From a virus (lineage: Duplodnaviria > Caudoviricetes), in the IMG/VR virus record IMGVR_UViG_2654588144_000016, positions 13,667 through 77,666 of that record: a DNA stretch of 64,000 nucleotides; one strand, written 5' to 3'. The notes beneath the pieces were generated by a model. That model was given only the letters and a program-made list of their open reading frames with translations, had not been told where the DNA came from and ran no database searches. Below are positions 28,899 through 37,287 of the stretch, one piece after another (within the stretch, counting starts at the first letter, position 1; every line of letters begins with the position of its first letter). The position numbers and the translations under genes were made by a program.

Positions 28899-28932
28899 AA
28901 CTATTCGCTAAATATCAATTTCACGAATAGTT
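28899..28932. repeat. 34-bp loxP/dif-like palindrome, putative tyrosine recombinase site
   Basis: AACTATTCGCTAAA-TATCAA-TTTCACGAATAGTT: 14-bp arms with 2 mismatches and an asymmetric spacer. Confidence 0.65.
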
Positions 28933-29044
28933 ATGGTTGAAATCTGCACAAAATCTGTCAAAAATATTATGCACAATAACCAATACACTATAAATTGTGC
29001 CTATTGTATAACAGACACGCTGTATTGTCTGATAATATAGTAGT

Positions 29045-29719
29045 CTAATCCGGCAAATCATCCACGCTCCCAGGCAAGGATTCCATTTCTTTGGCCCTGG
29101 CTACTATCTCCTCGCGGCTATATGTAATGCCCGCTTTGCTTCCGTCTGCTCCCCTTGGCTGCCCCATATTCCATCCGTGCCGCCTGTTTAATGCTCCCAG
29201 TATTCCGACGGGATTTCTCTTCCCACCAATGAGCATGTTTGACAGACTTTCCTCGTTCTCCATGTTCAATTTTTTGTATATAACGGAACCTTTTGAACCT
29301 ACTCTCGTCTCATCCCTGCCCCAACTGTTAACCGTATCTGTATCTATACCAGTCAATTTACTAAACCCACTTATAGATACCTCTTTGTCATACTCATAAC
29401 ATAGAGTTATATATATATCACATACACAGTCTATTAAATCCAGATTATAGGCATTGTTTAATCTTGTATCTGTATATAACCTTTCACGGTTAACAGCAAA
29501 CAACTGTTTATTAATATATATAAGAGCAGCATTCCAGCGGCTCTGCGGCTCCTTACGCATATCCTTTATGCCTCTATTGTCGATGTACTCTTGGAGATAC
29601 ATAGATATATCATTTGCATAGACATCTATGGTATTACCGTCCCTATCTGTTATTTTGACCATGTTAATATTAATATCTGACATAACTGTATATCTCCTCT
29701 CTGGGGCTATGTAACCCAA
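29045..29719 (-). CDS. terS: Putative terminase small subunit
   Basis: SISGFSKLTGI HTH-like segment and VG.L..LN..HGW motif; first gene of the late arm; real start may be 29683. Confidence 0.6.
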   Translation of the reverse strand: MGYIAPERRYTVMSDININMVKITDRDGNTIDVYANDISMYLQEYIDNRGIKDMRKEPQSRWNAALIYINKQLFAVNRERLYTDTRLNNAYNLDLIDCVCDIYITLCYEYDKEVSISGFSKLTGIDTDTVNSWGRDETRVGSKGSVIYKKLNMENEESLSNMLIGGKRNPVGILGALNRRHGWNMGQPRGADGSKAGITYSREEIVARAKEMESLPGSVDDLPD

Positions 29720-30058
29720 TTATATATAATCCTTATCTATCCACATGGGAATATGTATATAATATATATCTATTCCGCTACACTGTATTTGTATTAACTA
29801 TAAGGCAGACCCATTGAAGCATTGCGGCCTCCTCTCTGCCTGGTTAAGGTAAATAAAAAAAAGGCCCCAACGCTTAGACAGACTGCTACATCCGTCTATA
29901 ACGTCAAGGCCCCGTGGACTGGTTATACTTCGCCGCGCATCTGCTGGCCGGCGGTCTGCATGTGTGGTCAAGGCATCCGAGACACTAGCACACATACACG
30001 CTATATATAATTATCAATTGGTTATACTCTAGCAGATTTTATAATATCTGTCAATAGC

Positions 30059-30421
30059 CTATTTAAGCGCATCCAAAAAAACGCCTAAATCAGTATAATC
30101 CCATTCCCCAGTGACATCTACAACACGGTATGCCTGGGAATAATCCACATTGCTCAAATCTCCGTCAAAATCATCGTCATCTGGCAAGTCAAAATAAAAT
30201 TTTAGCAGACGATTGTTATCTGTGATGCCGTATTGATAAAACTCGTCCATATCAAAACACTCATCAGTGCCAACCATATAAATTTTATAACTTACGCCAT
30301 CAACCAAAACGGTAGTGTACCGACAATCGCTATCTAACAGTTCGGCCTCGGTCACATTCCGACGCCCCTCAATAATTTCCAATGCCGCTTTGCGCAGTTC
30401 TTTATTTTTATTTTTATCCAT
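30059..30421 (-). CDS. Small highly acidic protein
   Basis: Asp-rich 120 aa, AGGAGG RBS, operator-covered promoter. Confidence 0.7.
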   Translation of the reverse strand: MDKNKNKELRKAALEIIEGRRNVTEAELLDSDCRYTTVLVDGVSYKIYMVGTDECFDMDEFYQYGITDNNRLLKFYFDLPDDDDFDGDLSNVDYSQAYRVVDVTGEWDYTDLGVFLDALK

Positions 30422-30481
30422 TTTACTTACCTCCTATATGACTCCCTGATATCCTCTTTGTTGATACTCCAAGCATATCAC

Positions 30482-30884
30482 ATGTGCGTTATATTGTCAA
30501 TATTATATGTGCGTTATTTTAAGATTTTTTCTAACTCATCCAATTTACTTAATACTGTGTCACGGATAAAGGCGGAATTAGTTTTATTAAGATTAAGCGC
30601 CTCAATCCTTTCCTTTGTCCCATCAGGGAAAACAATATTTAATCTGTAGTTTCTTTTTTCGTATTCTCTCACGGCTTTTCTTTGCGAATCTGTTGTCTTT
30701 AACTCCTTATTTCCCATCATTCCACCGCCTTTGTCATATATGTGTCTTACCTAATTATATATTATGTGCGTTACATTGTCAATAAATATGTGCGTTATAC
30801 ACTTTGCACATTTTTCTGTCTATATATGTGCGTTATTTTGTTAGTTATTCCGGTATTGCACTTTGCTTATATGTGCGTTATAAT
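30482..30884. promoter_or_regulatory. Seven ATGTGCGTTA operator-like direct repeats over divergent promoters
   Basis: Copies at 30482, 30507, 30740 (variant), 30764, 30788, 30826, 30871; TTGCAC-17-TATAAT (+, 30856-30884) and TTGACA-16-TATAAT (-, 30754-30781). Confidence 0.8.
30514..30720 (-). CDS. Ribbon-helix-helix (Arc-like) repressor
   Basis: YRLNIVFPDGTKERIE...SAFIR motif; flanked by repeats. Confidence 0.7.
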   Translation of the reverse strand: MMGNKELKTTDSQRKAVREYEKRNYRLNIVFPDGTKERIEALNLNKTNSAFIRDTVLSKLDELEKILK

Positions 30885-30933
30885 TTAGGCATAACAAAAC
30901 AACAACACATCAAGCAAAAAGGAGATAAAAGCC

Positions 30934-31305
30934 ATGGTAAAAAACATCATCGATTTAATTGAGGCCAGCGGAGCCGAATATATAGGCATAAGACATTTGG
31001 CAGACGATGAGCATTACAACGTTGGAGATTACTGCCGTAACTCTTATGACTGGGATTATGAGCACGATTGCTCCACATACGAGACGGATGAGCCGCAAGA
31101 GCTTCCAGGCACGTGCGCATACAATACCAAGATACATTCCGGATGGGACGATCCGGATGAAATCAAGTCAAAGCTGGAAAAAGCCCTTAACGCATCCAAA
31201 GTATACTATGGCAATATTGTTATCATCGGCGGAGACCGTGTTACCTATGGTAATGACGAGGGCGAAATCATCATAGAGGATGCCGTTGTTATCGCAACTG
31301 TTTAA
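30934..31305 (+). CDS. Small acidic hypothetical protein
   Basis: First gene behind a strong promoter; AAGGAG RBS. Confidence 0.75.
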   Translation: MVKNIIDLIEASGAEYIGIRHLADDEHYNVGDYCRNSYDWDYEHDCSTYETDEPQELPGTCAYNTKIHSGWDDPDEIKSKLEKALNASKVYYGNIVIIGGDRVTYGNDEGEIIIEDAVVIATV

Positions 31306-31336
31306 CCGTACCACCAAATGAGAGGAGATAAAAACC

Positions 31337-32362
31337 ATGACAAAATATTTTAAAAATGTGAAATCCCTAGAGGATTTGAAAAACCAGTTTAAGGCCCTGG
31401 CCCGGAAGAATCACCCGGATGCTGGAGGAAACGCCGAAACCATGAAGGAAATCAACTGCGAATATGACGCGCTTTTCCCTATTTGGAAGGATCGTCACAA
31501 CACCGCAGAGCCGCAGAACCAGACCACCGAAACCGCGGACAGCACCCGCCGCCGGTTCTACACTGACTGGGGATGGGAAGGAAGCCGCTACAATTCCAGC
31601 ATGAGCACTACCGAAATTTCCAAAGCAATCAAAATCTATTGCAAAGAGAAATATCCAACATGGAAATTTTCAGTTACATCAAAATATTTTTCCGGCGGTT
31701 CCTCTATTGATATTTCCGTCATGGAAGCACCTGAACAGATTTTCGACCTTGCAGCCTGTCGCAAAGCATACGCTGAGCATCTGGAGAACGAAAAAATGGG
31801 CTACTATGGCGGCCGCGGTCTGGGAATGGACATAGAAAAGATGTTGACGGATGACAAAATGCACTGGCAGCTACACAGAATTAGTGACCATTACAAGGAA
31901 TATTTCACCGAATACGGTTTTTCGGTTCTGGAAGATGTTTATAAATTTATGCAGTCCTACAATTATGACGACAGCGACAGCATGACCGATTATTTCGCCT
32001 GCAATTTTTACAGCTCTTTTAACATCGGAAAATGGGACAAGGGTTTTAAAATCGTTCCCAAAACCGCCAGAATAAAGAATCAGGACAGTGCCCCAGCGAA
32101 AAAAGCGCCGAAGAAAAAACCAGCGGAGCCGGAAGCAATCGAACAGAAAACCGGCTACACCTACAAAATCACAAAAGGCGAGGACACACGGGACGGCTCC
32201 GAACTGTGGCTTGTACGAATTGAAGAAACGCTTGACCGTGAAGCATATAAGGCCGAAGCCGCCGCCATGAAAGAGCGTGGTGGATATTACAGCAAATTTC
32301 GCAAGGCATTTATTTTTCGATTTGACCCCACCGAAATTTTGTCCGGTGGAAAGGCGGCATAA
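31337..32362 (+). CDS. J-domain plus LPD29-like domain protein
   Basis: HPD motif (KNHPDAGG); KFSV...GGSSIDI and SYNYDDSDSMTDYF motifs. Confidence 0.75.
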   Translation: MTKYFKNVKSLEDLKNQFKALARKNHPDAGGNAETMKEINCEYDALFPIWKDRHNTAEPQNQTTETADSTRRRFYTDWGWEGSRYNSSMSTTEISKAIKIYCKEKYPTWKFSVTSKYFSGGSSIDISVMEAPEQIFDLAACRKAYAEHLENEKMGYYGGRGLGMDIEKMLTDDKMHWQLHRISDHYKEYFTEYGFSVLEDVYKFMQSYNYDDSDSMTDYFACNFYSSFNIGKWDKGFKIVPKTARIKNQDSAPAKKAPKKKPAEPEAIEQKTGYTYKITKGEDTRDGSELWLVRIEETLDREAYKAEAAAMKERGGYYSKFRKAFIFRFDPTEILSGGKAA

Positions 32363-32554
32363 TAGGCTGCCTGGCGGCATTTGGGCTGGTTCGACTCCCG
32401 CCGCTGCTTTTTCATTTCGCGGTCCCCAGGGACAAGGGGAGAAAGAAAACCTTGAAAACAATGTTAGATAAAGCAATTATCGCTATTGCCATCGGAGCAC
32501 ACCGTCGACACGGGCCAGACGGTTGGAAAATGGCAATTGTGAAATTGCCGCAAG

Positions 32555-32583
32555 AAAAAGAGCCTACAGGATAGGCCCTTTTT
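32555..32583. terminator. Bidirectional intrinsic terminator
   Basis: AAAAAGAGCCTA-CAGGA-TAGGCCCTTTTT. Confidence 0.75.
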
Positions 32584-32620
32584 CCATCACTTAAACATAA
32601 TGTTTTGTAATAATAATGTT

Positions 32621-32659
32621 ATTTCAATCCACGTGCGGGAAATCGGTTTCCCGGCTGAC
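32621..32659 (-). CRISPR. Solitary type I-C CRISPR-repeat-like unit (not an array)
   Basis: GTCAGCCGGGAAACCGATTTCCCGCACGTGGATTGAAAT: GTC start, hairpin, GTGGATTGAAAT end. Confidence 0.65.
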
Positions 32660-32821
32660 AAGCAACCCATTATGTTGCCAACGACAATTACATTATTATA
32701 TTACACCAAAAAGCATAAATAATCAAGAGTTAAATAATCGCATAATCGCAGTCCCCAAAAAAAGGAAAGAAAGGAACGACATGAAACAGATTGAAAAATG
32801 GCTACAGGATAATGGCATTAC

Positions 32822-33085
32822 ATGATGTCCGACAGCGAAAACAAATATAAGGTCGGGGAAACAGGATTGACAATGTATTCTTCGATTTGCAGATGCGATT
32901 CCTGCAAAGAGGAATTCTTTGCAGATTTTTTTTTAAAAATCCTAGATACCAGTATTGCCCTCATTGTGGGCGTATGTTTGTCAGTTGGAATCATGCTGAC
33001 ACAGAAAATCAACACTAACGCAACTGACACTCCCGCTCCATGGCTTCGACCAGCAGCAGGTTTACGACCTGCAGGCGGGATTTAA
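32822..33085 (+). CDS. Small protein; zinc ribbon split by a T9 tract
   Basis: CDSC in frame 0, CPHC in the -1 frame after T9 at 32926-32934. Confidence 0.5.
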   Translation: MMSDSENKYKVGETGLTMYSSICRCDSCKEEFFADFFLKILDTSIALIVGVCLSVGIMLTQKINTNATDTPAPWLRPAAGLRPAGGI

Positions 33086-33881
33086 GCACTTGCGGCGGCC
33101 CCGTACCCGTCTACAAGCCAACGCAAGCCGGTAACCCAAAGACACCAACCACGCCCCGGTGATGTAATCCGGCGCTTAACGGTTGCGCGATAGCATCCAG
33201 CACACAGGCAATACACCACCCTACAAGCTACGGGACGGGACGCAGACGGGAGGCGTATTCCCTGAGGGCAAAAATCAAAAATGAGAGGAGGAGCCGACCA
33301 TGAGTAACCGCTCACGTAGTCCGCCGACACATCAAAACAGTCCTCCCACGGTATTCAGTCCGTCAGCCGTCAGCCGGTACGGGGACTTTTGCACGTTTGC
33401 AACCGCATATTTAGCCGCGTAGCCATTTTATGCATTTGTGGCATATTGCAAAGGTAGCGCCTATAAAGTCCCATAGCGGGGCTTGTGGTGCGTGAAACCG
33501 ATATTTTAGGATTGTATGTTATCGCCGATTGTGGTATTATACGCTTATAGTAGATATTGTGTGCGCCGGTATGATAAACTACGCCAGTTTGGACAATCTT
33601 CTTTCAAACTGACATAATGCCGCCTGGAAGGCAAGGTATGTTCCTAAACAGTTTTATCAAAATCCAAAGCAAATCCGATGCAAATTCAAAATCAACTTTT
33701 CGTGATTTCACCAATCACCAAAATTTAAAAATTCTCCGAAAAATATTTTTGACATTCTTCTATCAGATCTCCTGCTCCCGGGGGGTATCAAAAAACGTTA
33801 CCTTGTTTGCATATTTTCAATTTTCCATTGTATCAACTCAATCTGTTCCAGATATTTTTTTGCTGTCAAACCAAAGCCCCC

Positions 33882-34916
33882 CTATCCAACATAACGGGCA
33901 TGAGCTTGTCGTACCGTTTCTTTGCTTATTTTTGCATAGCACTTAAGTGTTGTATCAACTTTTTCATGACCAAGCACTTCCTTTACCATCTCAATTGGTG
34001 CGCCCTTATTAATCATATCTGTTCCTACTGTACGCCTAAAAACATGAGGTGTAATTCTAACACCATCTAAGTCCGCATCACGTTCTTTTATTTGATTAAG
34101 AATATTTCGTACTGTCTTGTCCCCTATGCGGCTTTGAGGCCTATGTGGTGATACAAACAACGCTGGGTTATCATCATTACGGCTGTCGATATATCTCCAA
34201 AGATGCAATGCCACTTGTCCATTTAAACATACTTGCCGTTCTTTTCTTCCCTTTCCATAAACAACAGCAGTTTTACGATGAAAGTCCACATCTGCAATAT
34301 CCATTCCGCATAGCTCAGATACCCTTATGCCTGTTACATATAACATATCACATAATGCCAACTCAAATTCATTTTCACAAGCGCATCTTACCATTTCGCG
34401 TTGTTCTGGCTGCAATGTCGAGCCTATTCTATATTCCACCCGCGTTTCTTTTAATTTCTTAGCTGGATTATTTGGCAACAGGCCCTCTGTATACAGAAAA
34501 GAGAAGAAACTACGTATTGATATAAGTTTACTATTATAGGTCCTATCCTTCCATTTCCGCACTACTTTCCCATATCCAAGATATCCTTTTAAATCCTGGT
34601 ATGTAATCTCTGTAACATTTTTATTTATATGTGCCAACATATTTTTTAAATTGTATTTATAATTATTTATACTACCATCAGTGCACCCATCTAATTTCAT
34701 CTGAAACAAATAAGCGTTAAGGTATTCCACTGACCTATATATCTCATTGGAAAGAGCCGTTTCTTCTGTGAAAAACTGAAAACCAGATAGGCACATATTA
34801 AGTATCTGTTTTACTTCATTGAGTCGTTCCTGTTCTTCGATGACATCTACAATATTATCCATCACACGCCTGACAACATCATCCATACTTACCTGTTCTG
34901 CCATATATTTCCACAC
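33882..34916 (-). CDS. Tyrosine recombinase (XerC/D-like)
   Basis: Intact R (TGIRVSE), K (GKGRKER), HxxR (HVFRR), H (LGHE), Y (CYAK). Confidence 0.93.
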   Translation of the reverse strand: MWKYMAEQVSMDDVVRRVMDNIVDVIEEQERLNEVKQILNMCLSGFQFFTEETALSNEIYRSVEYLNAYLFQMKLDGCTDGSINNYKYNLKNMLAHINKNVTEITYQDLKGYLGYGKVVRKWKDRTYNSKLISIRSFFSFLYTEGLLPNNPAKKLKETRVEYRIGSTLQPEQREMVRCACENEFELALCDMLYVTGIRVSELCGMDIADVDFHRKTAVVYGKGRKERQVCLNGQVALHLWRYIDSRNDDNPALFVSPHRPQSRIGDKTVRNILNQIKERDADLDGVRITPHVFRRTVGTDMINKGAPIEMVKEVLGHEKVDTTLKCYAKISKETVRQAHARYVG

Positions 34917-34925
34917 ATCCTTTCC

Positions 34926-34954
34926 TTGTAATTTTGTACAGGATAGGTTATAAT
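34926..34954 (+). promoter_or_regulatory. Promoter antisense to the recombinase leader
   Basis: TTGTAA-17-TATAAT followed by a hairpin and T-run ending ~35010. Confidence 0.55.
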
Positions 34955-35010
34955 TATCCTATCCAAAGATGAAAAGCCCTTCAGCCGCCAAGCACACGGG
35001 GCTTCTTTTT

Positions 35011-35024
35011 CGTACATATGTTCT
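35011..35024 (-). promoter_or_regulatory. LexA/DinR (Cheo) box-like site upstream of the recombinase
   Basis: AGAACATATGTACG vs Firmicute consensus GAAC-N4-GTTC, one mismatch. Confidence 0.55.
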
Positions 35025-35060
35025 TTTACGATGTTTTTTATTGCCGGGGTACTCCCCGGC

Positions 35061-35393
35061 TTATTTCATTTCAATCTCAATATCACATTCATCTTTCAGC
35101 ACTGAACGGATATCATCCAGTGTGTACAGCCCCTTATCAAACTGCCTATAAAACTCGATACAGTAATCCACGAACCGCTGTTCCCGACTCTTTCCATCCA
35201 CTTCCCTACGCATCAGTTGACCAAAATGGTCCTTGAACATTAATACTGGAATGCCCAGCATCATGAGAAAAGCAGTCTCTGCCGCGTCATGGGTAGCCTC
35301 TTGTTTAATTTCCCGCAATTGGTCTCTGGATAGATTATATGTAGGCTGTTTTCTGTTCTCTCGTTCTACGCGTCGCCTTTCCGCTCGTGTCAT
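35061..35393 (-). CDS. Conserved hypothetical phage protein
   Basis: MTRAERRR start; ORF with RBS. Confidence 0.7.
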   Translation of the reverse strand: MTRAERRRVERENRKQPTYNLSRDQLREIKQEATHDAAETAFLMMLGIPVLMFKDHFGQLMRREVDGKSREQRFVDYCIEFYRQFDKGLYTLDDIRSVLKDECDIEIEMK

Positions 35394-35445
35394 AATATCT
35401 CCTCACTCCTTCGGCAAATTATGTGACTTTATCATCCTTACAGTA

Positions 35446-35850
35446 TCAAATTTTTTCTCTATAAATACGTTCTATTTCTTCCAATAAGACATGTATTAAT
35501 AGATTCTTGATGAATTGACTTTCTCCGAATTCCTTCCCCAAATCTTTTATTCCATATATAAGACCATCCCAGTATTCATCAGAATCATTGGGGTCACTAT
35601 ACTTCTTAAACAGTTTCCATGTATATGTAAATGCCCTCTGGTAATCCTTTTCCAATAATGGCTCACCACCTGCCTTGACTCTCTTTATTTCTTGCCAAAC
35701 GGCTAGGCAAAACAGCCGTCTCATGACTCCGATATCATGCTTCGATAGCATTTCTTCTATATGCTCCTTCATGACTTTTTTCCAGTTTTTCATCAGCATC
35801 CATGCATCTGTATAAGCCTGCCAGTACCTCTTAAGTTGTTCTTCGCTCAT
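35446..35850 (-). CDS. Hypothetical protein
   Basis: ORF with RBS. Confidence 0.7.
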   Translation of the reverse strand: MSEEQLKRYWQAYTDAWMLMKNWKKVMKEHIEEMLSKHDIGVMRRLFCLAVWQEIKRVKAGGEPLLEKDYQRAFTYTWKLFKKYSDPNDSDEYWDGLIYGIKDLGKEFGESQFIKNLLIHVLLEEIERIYREKI

Positions 35851-35917
35851 ATTCCACCGCCTTTATTTGCACGCCCAGCACCCGTACCGTATCCGGCCCT
35901 TGTTGTTGCGCTGGCCA

Positions 35918-36139
35918 TCACACGCGCGGCGCCCGTTGTCTATGTAACACTGTCTCATAATACCGTATCACTCCCTTCGGTGGCCGGCGCAGTCCCGGAA
36001 CCGGGCACAGGCTGGTATACATGTACGGCGGCGCCGTCCGGATGCGCTCCTTGATGGCCTCGTCAGCCTGGGCGGCCAGAGCCTTGCTGCGGTCGATACG
36101 GCTGACCTTAGCCTGCTTACTGTCTGCTTTCTTTCTCAA
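35918..36139 (-). CDS. Hypothetical protein
   Basis: TTG start with GGGAGG RBS. Confidence 0.55.
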   Translation of the reverse strand: MRKKADSKQAKVSRIDRSKALAAQADEAIKERIRTAPPYMYTSLCPVPGLRRPPKGVIRYYETVLHRQRAPRV

Positions 36140-36172
36140 TCAGGTACCTCCCTTCGTATCACAAATGTCAGT

Positions 36173-36373
36173 TTAGTCGATAACAAAATCAAACCAGTGA
36201 CAGTTAAAATCTGTCTCTTTTTCCGGAATTGGCATACAGACACCCACCGCATCTTTCACGTATAGTTCACCGTTAATTTCTATGACAGTCATGGGATAAT
36301 AGCCAAATCTTCGTACTTTGCAGTCGATTTTTTTACCCACAAGGTCTTTTGCGTTGCCCTGATATAATTTCAT
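36173..36373 (-). CDS. Hypothetical protein (cassette gene)
   Basis: Bounded by two junction sites; GGAGGAGG RBS. Confidence 0.7.
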   Translation of the reverse strand: MKLYQGNAKDLVGKKIDCKVRRFGYYPMTVIEINGELYVKDAVGVCMPIPEKETDFNCHWFDFVID

Positions 36374-36410
36374 TTATTTTTCCTCCTCCAAATGCTAATT
36401 TTCCTATTGC

Positions 36411-36812
36411 TCAGTCTATCCACCAGTCCTTCCCGTTCTCTATCTCCTTTTGTGGCATCAATTCCCCTTTCCATTTATCCAACAATCCACATGGATACAA
36501 AGAAAATTCCAGTTCCGGCAGACGTATTGTCAATTCATCCTCTGCCTTGTCATCCCTGTTCAATGCTGGCTTAAATCTGTTTATGTAATAAATTTCATAC
36601 AAGAACATATCTGCTTCCGTCTGGCACGTGGCCGTTTCGATATGTGTTACACTGAAAATGTCTATCAGCTTGTGCATGGGCAGTTTGAAGAAGTGCCCCC
36701 GCAATCTGCTGTTGATTGTCTGTTTAGTACGCCCCAGGTACGCCACAAACTCTGTTCCATCCGGTCTTCCATAAAAAATTTTATATATTGTGTATACAGT
36801 CTTTTTTCCCAT
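36411..36812 (-). CDS. GIY-YIG nuclease-like protein
   Basis: TIYKI...YLGRT...RLRGH, E..YI...KP.LN. Confidence 0.75.
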   Translation of the reverse strand: MGKKTVYTIYKIFYGRPDGTEFVAYLGRTKQTINSRLRGHFFKLPMHKLIDIFSVTHIETATCQTEADMFLYEIYYINRFKPALNRDDKAEDELTIRLPELEFSLYPCGLLDKWKGELMPQKEIENGKDWWID

Positions 36813-36897
36813 TCCGCTGCCCTACATTTCCGCCTCTATCTTCTGCGGCTTCGCTTCCGTGTATCCTGCTGCCTCCGGTTTTCCCGTAAATTTCGAT

Positions 36898-37173
36898 TTA
36901 ATCGCAAGAAGCTGCACTTGCATCCAACTCAATACCCTCCATCACTGCCCTGGCTTCAAGAACTGCAATATAATCAGTCATGGCGGAAATCTGCATGTTA
37001 TATGTACTTCGTGGGCAGGTTGGAACAAACCCAAGCTCTATTCCCCTGTCCCATTTATTCAGCATATTAGCCAATCCTCTGTATCTGATAACTAACTGCT
37101 GATACTCTGCAATAAATCTCTTTTTGTAATCTGCACTATTCATTCCTTCTACTGTATCCGCTAATTTCATCAT
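36898..37173 (-). CDS. crAss001_48-like helical protein
   Basis: DYKKRFIAEYQQL...QISAMTDYIAVLEARA pattern. Confidence 0.7.
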   Translation of the reverse strand: MMKLADTVEGMNSADYKKRFIAEYQQLVIRYRGLANMLNKWDRGIELGFVPTCPRSTYNMQISAMTDYIAVLEARAVMEGIELDASAASCD

Positions 37174-37287
37174 GTCTTCCTCTTTTCTCCCACACTTAGC
37201 AGTGGGCGGCTAAATTTCGATTTGGTTGACAAAAACATGTAAAATCTGTAAAACACGCTCATGTTAAGCAAATCTTAATTTGAATAC

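Noticed and set aside
32400-33800. Full CRISPR array around the solitary repeat
   Set aside because: No second repeat at spacer distance and no cas genes in the window
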